Shown piece by piece: positions 34,663-42,634 of a stretch of DNA of 42,634 nt. The first letter of the stretch is position 1. The number at the start of each line of letters is the position of its first letter. The stretch comes from a virus (taxonomy: Duplodnaviria; Caudoviricetes): positions 1 to 42,634 of the IMG/VR virus record IMGVR_UViG_3300034945_000004; one strand, written 5' to 3'. The translations under genes were made by a program, and so were the position numbers. Below the pieces are notes generated by a model, which saw only the letters and a list, made by a program, of their open reading frames with translations, was not told the origin of the DNA and ran no database searches.

Positions 34663-35288
34663 AGAAGGTCAACGGAGGGATATTTCTCCCTGACGACGAA
34701 ACCGACCAGATCATGCTCTATGCGGGGATTCAGTACCAGAAGAACAAACTTCAAGCCGCCCTTAGATACGTCAAGAACGCGAGGCTCGCGGTTGACGTAG
34801 GGGCGCACTGTGGGATCTGGAGCATCGGACTCGGCCAATACTTTGACCGCGTTGAGTGCTTTGAACCCCTGCAAAGGCACATTGAGTGCTGGAAGAAAAA
34901 CGCGGGCTGGAAGCAAACGGTAAAACTCCACGAAGTGGCTCTAGGAGATATGCCCGGAACTTGTGGAATGACCGAAGTAGAAGGGCAGTCGGGAAAGAGT
35001 CATGTCAGCCCCAGAGGATTCGGGACCACGCCTGTTTCTACTCTTGATGAGTTCGGCTACACGGACCTTGATTTCCTGAAGGTGGATGTAGAGGGCTTTG
35101 AGTTGTTCGTCCTGAAGGGCGGGGAGGAAACGCTTAAAGCCTGTAAGCCTGTGATTATCGTTGAGCAGAAACCCGGCACCGCCAGCAAGTACGGAGTTGG
35201 CGAGACTGAAGCCGTGAAGTATCTCCAAAGCCTCGGGGCCGAACTGCAAGAGCAGATTACCGGCGACTACATCATGGCGTGGGAATGA
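34659..35288 (+). CDS. FkbM-family methyltransferase
   Basis: AVDVGAHCGIWS, FEP, VALGD, LDFLKVDVEGFELFVLKG...KPVIIVE. Confidence 0.92.
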   Translation: MKKVNGGIFLPDDETDQIMLYAGIQYQKNKLQAALRYVKNARLAVDVGAHCGIWSIGLGQYFDRVECFEPLQRHIECWKKNAGWKQTVKLHEVALGDMPGTCGMTEVEGQSGKSHVSPRGFGTTPVSTLDEFGYTDLDFLKVDVEGFELFVLKGGEETLKACKPVIIVEQKPGTASKYGVGETEAVKYLQSLGAELQEQITGDYIMAWE

Positions 35289-36979
35289 CCTGGAGCCTTG
35301 AGAACTCACAAGGAAACGAAACAGCAAAAGTAAGGTGGGAGTTGGTCCCCTATATGCGGGGGAAGTGTCTGGACTTGGGTTGTGGTCCCTCCAAAGCCTT
35401 CCCCCACTTCATCGGGATTGACTCAGGCAAAGACACGGAGTTATTCGGAATCCAGATGCGGCCCGATGTCAGGGCTGACATAACGGACCTGAGTATCTAC
35501 GCGACCGGAGCGATTGACCTAGTTTTCTCCAGCCATGCTCTGGAACACATACCCGACTGGAAGGCTGCTCTAAAGGAGTGGTGGCGGGTTGTGAAGGTTG
35601 GGGGTCATCTAGCCCTTTATCTCCCTCACGCTGACTTCTACCCCCGCTGTTCTGGCCGGGATGAGTGGAAGGCGTGGATCAAGGCAAACGCGCACAAGCA
35701 CCTGATGGTTGACAGCGCGATTGAGGAATACGCCGAGATTAGAAGGGCGAAGGGCGAGACAAGGGTGGGGGCGATTTACGAAGGAACTCCCTACGCCAAT
35801 CAGGACCACGACCACGATTTCTACCCGCAGGACATTATCAGCGAGTTGGACGGCTTCGACCTCGTTGTACGGGACGAGAGAAACGAAGGCGATGAATACA
35901 GTTTTTTGCTCATCTTTCAAAAGCTGGAAAGCGGAATCAAGGAAAGCTGGAAGGACAAGCCCACAAAGACCGCCGCAGTCGTTAGGTACGGAGCCATCGG
36001 GGACAACATACAGGCAAGTTCCGTTCTCCCGTGGCTGAAGGAGCAGGGCTATCACGTTACGTTCTACTGCCAGTCTGGGCAAGGGTATGAGGCAATCAAG
36101 CACGACCCCCATGTAGACCGATACGTGATTCAAGAGAAGGATGCGGTTCCTCCGCAGTTTCTTCTCCAGTTTTGGGACTACACGAAAAAGAAGTACGACA
36201 AATGGATCAACCTGTGCGAGTCGGTTGAAGGCTCTTTGCTAGCGATCCCCGGAAGAACTACGTGGGAGTGGCCTAACGAAGTAAGGTCAAAGATGCTGGA
36301 CCGTAACTACATGGAGTTTATCCATGAGTTAGCCGAAGTCCCTCCACCGTACAGGCCGAAGTTTTACTCCACGGAGCCTGAGCGGGAGTGGGCGCGAAAG
36401 ACTAAAGCAAGGATGGGTAAGCGAGTCGTCCTTTGGTCCCTGGCTGGTTCTTCGGGACACAAGGTATGGCCGCACTTGGATGCAGCGATAGCCGGGATCA
36501 TGTTGTCTTACCCGGATGTTCATGTGGTTCTGGTGGGGGATCAGTCCTGCCAGATCCTCGAAATGGGTTGGGAAAAAGAGCAACGGGTACATCGTCAGTC
36601 GGGCAAGTGGTCAATCCGCGAGTCGATGGCGTTTGCCGAAGTTGCCGATTTGATTATTGGGACGGAAACCGGACTCCTGAATGCTGCGGGGTCGATGGAC
36701 GTTCCGAAGATTGTGTGTCTGTCGCATTCCTCCAAGGAGATGCTGACAAAGCATTGGGTGAAAACCATTGCCTTGCAGCAGCCCCAAGGCGAGGGGTGTC
36801 CTAAAAGTCCTTGCAGACAGTTGCACGGGTCTAACGGGACGGACACATGGATGGACTGCCCGAAGCATGAGGAAACCGGGACTTCTCTTTGTCAATTCCA
36901 CATAAGCCCGCCGCAGATGTGGGCGGCGATCACTTGCGTTCTAGGGGTTCCTATGCAGATTCAAAAGAGGGCTAAGTGA
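35285..36979 (+). CDS. class I SAM methyltransferase fused to GT9 (ADP-heptosyltransferase-like) glycosyltransferase
   Basis: LDLGCG, FSSHALEH, EWWRVVKVGG; RYGAIGDNIQ, DPHVD, KVWP, ADLIIGTETGLLNAAGSMDVP, C-terminal Cys cluster. ATGA start at 35285. Confidence 0.88.
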   Translation: MTWSLENSQGNETAKVRWELVPYMRGKCLDLGCGPSKAFPHFIGIDSGKDTELFGIQMRPDVRADITDLSIYATGAIDLVFSSHALEHIPDWKAALKEWWRVVKVGGHLALYLPHADFYPRCSGRDEWKAWIKANAHKHLMVDSAIEEYAEIRRAKGETRVGAIYEGTPYANQDHDHDFYPQDIISELDGFDLVVRDERNEGDEYSFLLIFQKLESGIKESWKDKPTKTAAVVRYGAIGDNIQASSVLPWLKEQGYHVTFYCQSGQGYEAIKHDPHVDRYVIQEKDAVPPQFLLQFWDYTKKKYDKWINLCESVEGSLLAIPGRTTWEWPNEVRSKMLDRNYMEFIHELAEVPPPYRPKFYSTEPEREWARKTKARMGKRVVLWSLAGSSGHKVWPHLDAAIAGIMLSYPDVHVVLVGDQSCQILEMGWEKEQRVHRQSGKWSIRESMAFAEVADLIIGTETGLLNAAGSMDVPKIVCLSHSSKEMLTKHWVKTIALQQPQGEGCPKSPCRQLHGSNGTDTWMDCPKHEETGTSLCQFHISPPQMWAAITCVLGVPMQIQKRAK

Positions 36980-37959
36980 GTACGTCTAACAGCTACGACT
37001 TCGGCAGGACCGCAGCGCAAGTCATACAAAGTGCTTTGGAGAACCTGATCGTCATTTCCTCTGGCGGTACGGTTGCTTCGTCGGACTCCACGATGTTGCT
37101 TGCGCGGCTGAACATGATTGCCAAGCAGTATCAGGGGACCGCTGACGGCGCACCGGGCCTGAAGATTAACTCAAGGCAACGAGTGACCCTGTTCCCGCAG
37201 AAGGGGCAGCAGATGTACCTCGTTGGCCCCGCCTCCACGGACGCGAGGGCTACCACGGCTTACGGCAGGACGACGATTTCTGCTAACGAAGCTTTGGGGC
37301 AGACCACTCTAAGCATTACATCCAACACGGACACGACTACAAACCCCGGCACGACGGTAACGATGACGAGCGGGGACATTGTTGGAATTGAACTGGACGA
37401 CGGCTCGATCCAATGGACGACGATTTCAGGCACTCCCAGCACCACGATGGACGTAGCTGCTTCACTTACTGCGGCTGCGGCCTCTGGCAATTACGTTTAC
37501 TGGTTTACGAGCAGGGCGCAGAGATTCCCGGTCATTGAGTCTGCCGTTCTGAGGGATGAAAACCTGAACGATACGGAACTGACCATCTTCAGAACCGCCA
37601 GGGACTACGACGTTGGCGTAGCCGACAAGTACGCGGACGGCGACCCTACCTGCATCTTGATTGAGCCTCTGCGTATTACGACCCGCGTAACGCTGGATTC
37701 CCAGCCCACGGACGTAACGAAGCAGATTGTGTTGACAGTCCAGTATCCCTCAGAGGACTACGACGCCACGACGGATGACATTGCCTTCCCGCAGGAAGCA
37801 TTCAGGTTCCTCGCGTGGGAGTTGAGTTTTGAGGTTTGCGATGCGTTCGGCAAAGAGTGGACGCCGAGCATGGAAAAGAAGCGGCTGGAGGCAAGGAATA
37901 CCTACTTCAGCCTTAACCCCGAAGTGAGCAACCAGTATTTCCAGTCCGGCGGACTGTAG
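36976..37959 (+). CDS. head-tail adaptor with inserted Thr-rich domain
   Basis: TAAQVIQSALENL....G.......LARLN; DDIAFPQEAFRFLAWELS. Confidence 0.7.
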   Translation: MSTSNSYDFGRTAAQVIQSALENLIVISSGGTVASSDSTMLLARLNMIAKQYQGTADGAPGLKINSRQRVTLFPQKGQQMYLVGPASTDARATTAYGRTTISANEALGQTTLSITSNTDTTTNPGTTVTMTSGDIVGIELDDGSIQWTTISGTPSTTMDVAASLTAAAASGNYVYWFTSRAQRFPVIESAVLRDENLNDTELTIFRTARDYDVGVADKYADGDPTCILIEPLRITTRVTLDSQPTDVTKQIVLTVQYPSEDYDATTDDIAFPQEAFRFLAWELSFEVCDAFGKEWTPSMEKKRLEARNTYFSLNPEVSNQYFQSGGL

Positions 37960-37972
37960 CTAAGAGGCTCTA

Positions 37973-38515
37973 GTGGCGAATACAAAAGTTTCCGCACTAA
38001 CCGAACTGACTGGTGCGAACGTAGTAACAGCCGATGATGTTCTGCCCATTGTTGACACATCGGTAACGACCACGAAGAAGATCAAGGTTGACGAGCTGGC
38101 CGTAGCAACTCGTGCGACTCAGGCCGAGATGGAAGCGGGGTCTAGCGCCAACACGACCGTCGCTCCCTCGGTGCAGCATTACCACCCGAGCGCGGCTAAG
38201 GCGTGGTGCTACTTCACGGTATCCGGTGGGACGCCAGCCCTTGAGGAATCCTACAACGTAACGTCGATCACGGACAACGGGGTTGGGGACTACACGATCA
38301 ACTTCACGAATGCCCTTGAGACTGCGGAGTACGCGGCGGTTGTGACCGGGGTTCCTGTGTCGAACGGCACGGTTAATTGCATCTTGCAGGAGAAAGCAGG
38401 CGGGACACGAACCACGACTGCGTTGCAGATTTTCATGGTGGCGACTGGCGGCGCAACAGGTGGAGCGGTGGATACGACTCGCGGCAGTGTTGTCATCTAT
38501 GGAAACATGCCGTAA
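37973..38515 (+). CDS. short tail fibre-like protein
   Basis: KVSAL...DDVLPIVDTS..TTKKI; AKAWCYF...SYNVTSITDNGVGDYTINF. Confidence 0.7.
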   Translation: MANTKVSALTELTGANVVTADDVLPIVDTSVTTTKKIKVDELAVATRATQAEMEAGSSANTTVAPSVQHYHPSAAKAWCYFTVSGGTPALEESYNVTSITDNGVGDYTINFTNALETAEYAAVVTGVPVSNGTVNCILQEKAGGTRTTTALQIFMVATGGATGGAVDTTRGSVVIYGNMP

Positions 38516-40297
38516 ATGCAGACGGTCAGGCTCCCCCTCGTTGGCTCCATGAATCAACGAGGAATCGACGGAGAAGCATCCCTCAGTGTTCCAGAGGATC
38601 AACGCTTCCTGAATTGCGCCTTCACCGTTGTCCAGAATCCCGTAACCGGGAAGAACTCGGTTTACATGGAGCGCAGGCCGGGATGGGCTACGGACTCACT
38701 CGTTTCGGCTGGTAACGCCTCAACAGGTCTAGCCAAGCCCCAAGCCTTCAACGCGACACTCTCTGCATTCGGGGATACGAACTCGGAAGTCTTTGTTGGC
38801 ACGGTCAGCGTCGGGACGATTACCGGGAGAGCCTTACATTTCACCGAAACGCTGATTAGCAGTTCAGCCTACGTCATGCTTCGCAGCTCAGACGGGACTG
38901 GCTGGTACTACGTTGACGGGGCCAAAGACGTTACGGCCTACACCGCAGATGGCAATAACTCGACCACGATCACGGACATCAAGATAGCGGGAGCCACCAA
39001 CACGGCGGGTCTTTACCCCGGCCAGAAGCTAACGGCGGGGGCAAACATCCCCGCAGGGACGAGGGTTGTCAGTGTCAACGCCGGTGCATTTACGGCTGTT
39101 CTGGACACCGCTACCACGGGCGGGGCGTTCAATGATCTAGCAATCACGAAAGAGCCGATTGCGAAGATTCTGGATGCGGACTTCATTACCACGGGCACCT
39201 ATATCTCAGCCTTCGCGGAGATGGACGGATACCTCTTTTATCCAACCGATGACGGAAAGCTGAGAAACAGCGATCTCAATTCGGTTACTGCCTACACTTC
39301 GACTAACTTCATCTCCCCCGCGATGGCCCCTGACAAGCCTATCGCGGTGGCGAGGCAGAAGAACATCATCGTCTGCTTCGGACAGGGCTCAAGCGAGAAG
39401 TTCTACAACGCGGGGAATGCGACCGGCAGCCCATTGCAAAGGATGGCGCAGCATTTCGAGAAGATAGGGACGATAGACCAGCGAAGCGTAACGAGCATCG
39501 AGGATGACATTTTCTATGTGTCCGCGCCCCTTGAAGGCGATGTAGGGGTTTGGATGATGCGGGGGCTTCAGTCCAAGAAGATCAGCACCGCGACGATGGA
39601 CAAGCTGCTGGGGACGGTGGCGGTGGATGGGGCTATTTACGCTTCGTCCTTCCGTCTAGGCGGGCAGGCTTATGCCGCCTTCTATCTTTCCTCGGCCTCT
39701 GACGGTCCTGCATCGTCCCTGTTGCTTGAATCCGGGGATGTGTTGCTCTTGGAGAGCGGCGACGAAATACTCCTTGAGGACACGCCAGGGCAGGTTGCCT
39801 CCTTCGTTCGTCTGTACGTCTACAACATCGACCTCAACATTTGGGGCGAGTGGGACTGTGATGAAGCGACTTTCATTGATGCGGTGAGTTCGGGCACGGC
39901 GAATCAGCTTCTAGCGGCCTCCAGGTCGAATACGGGCGGGAAGATTTACACGATCAATCCTGTGGCGAATGGCGAGATTTATCAGGACGACGGCTCGACC
40001 TACGACTGCCAGATCAGGACTGCGAGGATTGACCACGGCACGGGTAAGAGGAAGTTTGTCTCCGAGTTGAAACTTGTCTGCGACCGTCAGGACGCCGGGA
40101 CTGTTTTGTGTGAGGCGAGTGATGACGACTACCGGACGTGGTTCACGCTCGGGACGTTCGACCTTACGGAGATGGAGCCGAAGATTACCCGGTGTGGGTC
40201 TTATAAGGGCGGCAGGGCTTACCGGCTGACTCACTCCTATAACGGTGCGTTCAGGGCAGAGGCTTTGGACATTACCTTCGACGTGGCGAAACAGTGA
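38516..40297 (+). CDS. tail hub / packaged DNA stabilization protein (P22 gp10-like)
   Basis: RLPLVGS, ERRPG, MDGYLF, PDKPIAV, FGQGSSE, SDDDYRTW, RCGS...RAYRL. Confidence 0.8.
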   Translation: MQTVRLPLVGSMNQRGIDGEASLSVPEDQRFLNCAFTVVQNPVTGKNSVYMERRPGWATDSLVSAGNASTGLAKPQAFNATLSAFGDTNSEVFVGTVSVGTITGRALHFTETLISSSAYVMLRSSDGTGWYYVDGAKDVTAYTADGNNSTTITDIKIAGATNTAGLYPGQKLTAGANIPAGTRVVSVNAGAFTAVLDTATTGGAFNDLAITKEPIAKILDADFITTGTYISAFAEMDGYLFYPTDDGKLRNSDLNSVTAYTSTNFISPAMAPDKPIAVARQKNIIVCFGQGSSEKFYNAGNATGSPLQRMAQHFEKIGTIDQRSVTSIEDDIFYVSAPLEGDVGVWMMRGLQSKKISTATMDKLLGTVAVDGAIYASSFRLGGQAYAAFYLSSASDGPASSLLLESGDVLLLESGDEILLEDTPGQVASFVRLYVYNIDLNIWGEWDCDEATFIDAVSSGTANQLLAASRSNTGGKIYTINPVANGEIYQDDGSTYDCQIRTARIDHGTGKRKFVSELKLVCDRQDAGTVLCEASDDDYRTWFTLGTFDLTEMEPKITRCGSYKGGRAYRLTHSYNGAFRAEALDITFDVAKQ

Positions 40298-40689
40298 ATG
40301 AGTTGGACGGGATTGAACTCAACAAGAACGGATTCTCCTTTCGGGACTTGATCGGTCAGGACAGGTGGACGGAATGGACGCCCACTTACTCCTTCGCCAC
40401 GGCGACCTCGCTGACCGTTGTCGGCAGGTTCAGGATTATCGGCAAGCAATGCTTCTTCCAAGTCCACGTTAGCGGGACTTCGATGGCGACGACGGCGGGG
40501 ACTTCCTACGTTGATCTGCCGATAGCCGCTACCGGGTATGCCGGGTCCGGGATGATGTCCAACGACTCTACGAACGTAGTTGTTGACACCGGGCACATAG
40601 ACGTAGCGACCTCACGCTTTTACCCGCCGACTCAATTAGCGAGCGGCGACACTTTTACGATGTCTGGCTGGTTCGAAATAGGTGCATAA
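40294..40689 (+). CDS. tail-associated protein
   Basis: WTEWTPT...GRFRIIGKQCFFQV...LP; coupled to the gp10-like gene. Confidence 0.6.
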   Translation: MNELDGIELNKNGFSFRDLIGQDRWTEWTPTYSFATATSLTVVGRFRIIGKQCFFQVHVSGTSMATTAGTSYVDLPIAATGYAGSGMMSNDSTNVVVDTGHIDVATSRFYPPTQLASGDTFTMSGWFEIGA

Positions 40690-41895
40690 ATGAGCGAAGC
40701 AGAGAACCTTGTAGCCGGAGATTTTGGCCTTCTACAACAGATGATGAATAAGTACGGGGCGCTTCACGCCAACGGTGGCCCTGTCCCTCTGGATTACTGG
40801 GAGGCGTGGCAGGGGAAGAAGCCGGTCAACCCGGACGGGACCATTCAGGGCTCCACGGGGAAGGTCAACCCTGCTACTGGGATGGTGGATTACGAACTGA
40901 AGAACGACGATGGGTTCTTCGGTGAGTTTGTGAACATGGCGAAGATTCCGCTGACCTTCGCGGCAATGGCTGCGGGTGCGGGTGGAATCACGAACTGGCT
41001 GAACGCGGGCGGATTTGGCGGCTTGGGTGGTGCTGGTGGCGCGATGGACATGGGCGCTGGTGGGGTACGCGAGGCGATGGGCCTCGGTAGCGGCTCGGGC
41101 GCTGGTGGGCTAGGTCTTGCAGAGGCACCGTGGGGTGTGAATCCATCTGGAGGCGGTATGGACTATTCGGACTTTCTGAGTGAGTTTGGTTTCCCGTCTG
41201 ATGCTGGCGGGAGTCTTTACAACGGACCGATGAGCCTCAGTGGTTCGGGCATTTTCAACGACCCATTCAAACTCGGAGGTCTGGAGTCCCTTGTTAAAGG
41301 CGGCGGTGGCCTGTTGAGCCAGCTTGCCGGAAAGTTGGACGCCGGGACCCTGACGAAACTCCTTCCCTCCCTGCTAGGCGTGCTTGGCTCCAATTCTCAG
41401 AACAACGCCCTCCAAGACCTCGCAGGGCTTCAGGGCGCGAACCGAGATCAATTGCTCGGCTTCGGTGCGCCGTATCTGGAAAGGCTTGCGGGGCTTTACA
41501 ACGACCCCTCCAGCTTCCTGAACAGCCAAGAAGTCCAAGTGCCGGTGCAGCAGGGGACTGATGCGATGGCGAGGGCGCTTTCTGTTGGCGGCAATCCTAT
41601 CGGCAACGGCACGATGTTGCAGGAACTCCAGAACTATTCCGCGAATCAACTGTTCGGGAAACTGGGACAGGAGAAAGACAGGCTGGCTGGCTTTGGAGGT
41701 CTTACCGCTTACAACCAAGCGGGCGCGCAGGCGTTCGGCAATACAAGCGCGCAACAGGCCGTTGCCCAAGGCGAAGGGAATATGTGGAACTCACTGGGAT
41801 ACGGACTGAATCAAGTCTTTAACCCCCAACCGACGCTTGCCGATCTACTCAAAGAGTTCAAGGGCTTTAGCCCCTCCAACTCTCTCCCCGCTTAA
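40690..41895 (+). CDS. DNA ejection (pilot) protein
   Basis: Gly-rich; APYLERL...DPSSFL...G.DAMARALS..GN...G..LQELQNY. Confidence 0.7.
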   Translation: MSEAENLVAGDFGLLQQMMNKYGALHANGGPVPLDYWEAWQGKKPVNPDGTIQGSTGKVNPATGMVDYELKNDDGFFGEFVNMAKIPLTFAAMAAGAGGITNWLNAGGFGGLGGAGGAMDMGAGGVREAMGLGSGSGAGGLGLAEAPWGVNPSGGGMDYSDFLSEFGFPSDAGGSLYNGPMSLSGSGIFNDPFKLGGLESLVKGGGGLLSQLAGKLDAGTLTKLLPSLLGVLGSNSQNNALQDLAGLQGANRDQLLGFGAPYLERLAGLYNDPSSFLNSQEVQVPVQQGTDAMARALSVGGNPIGNGTMLQELQNYSANQLFGKLGQEKDRLAGFGGLTAYNQAGAQAFGNTSAQQAVAQGEGNMWNSLGYGLNQVFNPQPTLADLLKEFKGFSPSNSLPA

Positions 41896-41904
41896 AGGAT
41901 AGCT

Positions 41905-42634
41905 ATGGCTGGACTTGCTGGAGTGCTGGCGAACATCCCCGGTCTTGCGGGATGGGAAGCCGGGAATCAGATGGGGCAGCAGAACCAGGCTAACCAACTG
42001 CGTCAGGTTCAGGGCGTTATGGGGCTGCAACAGGCATTGCAGGCGCAGCAGGAGAAGCAAAGGGCCTCGCAGATTGAGCAGCAGTTCCGCACTGAGATTG
42101 CCAACGCCAAAACCGAAGATGAGAAACTGGCCGTTGCCTCTAAATACATGGGGCCGGATGCGCTAGGCAAGATGGTTCAGGGAAGCCAAGACAAGCGGGC
42201 GCAAGTTGCCGCCACTAGAGAAGCGGCTATGGCGAGGCTTCAGCAGGCCGCACAGCAATTTGAGGCCAACTACCAACTTCAGATGCGTTCGGCCACGACG
42301 CAAGAGCAACGGCTTGTCCTTGAGCGGCAAAAGGCGGCGTTTACTCAACAGATCCAATCTGAGGCGGCGAGGGTTGGTGGGGCGACGGCGAATTACAACT
42401 TCGGCTTCCTGCCGAGCGCCCCTATCGCCCCCACCGTTCAGGCTCCAGGCTCGCCCCAATCCGCCCCCACCGGCCAAACGGTTCAGGGCGACTTCGGGAA
42501 TATGTCTGTCAACCTCCAGAACGCCTCTCCGGGGCTTATGGCAGCGGCTAGGGCGCAGCCCGAGGCCCAGGGCTTCCCCGAGTTGATGGCGGCGCTTGGC
42601 GGCGTTCCTGCGGCTCCTACGGCCCCAAGGCCCG
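41905..42634 (+). CDS. second DNA ejection protein, runs off the window end
   Basis: AAGGA RBS + ATG 41905; 243 open codons (MAGLAGVLANIPG...Q/A-rich); absent from the ORF track because it has no stop. Confidence 0.75.
   Translation, partial: MAGLAGVLANIPGLAGWEAGNQMGQQNQANQLRQVQGVMGLQQALQAQQEKQRASQIEQQFRTEIANAKTEDEKLAVASKYMGPDALGKMVQGSQDKRAQVAATREAAMARLQQAAQQFEANYQLQMRSATTQEQRLVLERQKAAFTQQIQSEAARVGGATANYNFGFLPSAPIAPTVQAPGSPQSAPTGQTVQGDFGNMSVNLQNASPGLMAAARAQPEAQGFPELMAALGGVPAAPTAPRP

Noticed and set aside
1-42634. CRISPR array, reverse transcriptase/DGR/retron, IS transposase, stop-codon recoding
   Set aside because: No repeat-spacer array, RT or transposase motifs seen; core genes are full length under the standard code and TAG, TAA and TGA all serve as stops.

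Overview
A ~42.6 kb, apparently complete or near-complete temperate podovirus genome with a P22-like virion module and a lambdoid early region. Two CTG-N10-CAG SOS boxes suggest a beta/gamma-proteobacterial host. Order: end of an ejection-type gene, accessory and lysis genes (GH24 lysozyme, 3-TM holin), uninterrupted attP-like gap, int/xis, leftward early operon (ASCH-like, radical SAM, Lar-like, SSB, ERF), repressor/cro switch with four visible 14-bp operators, replication, nin region, Q-like gene, tRNA-Met(CAT), reverse-strand accessory cassettes, terS/terL, portal, scaffold, capsid, a four-gene glycosyltransferase/methyltransferase block, adaptor/tail and ejection genes. Best leads: (1) the Maf-like/GT-A/FkbM/GT9 block coupled inside the head-tail operon (candidate virion glycosylation system); (2) a ~400-bp reverse-strand module with a small protein behind a perfect but sequestered SD plus AUA start, followed by a tmRNA-like tRNA mimic; (3) a non-cleavable repressor paired with a LexA-box-controlled small-gene cassette; (4) a second tRNA-like cloverleaf inside a repeat-segmented ORF. 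All family calls come from motif recognition by eye, with no database searches.
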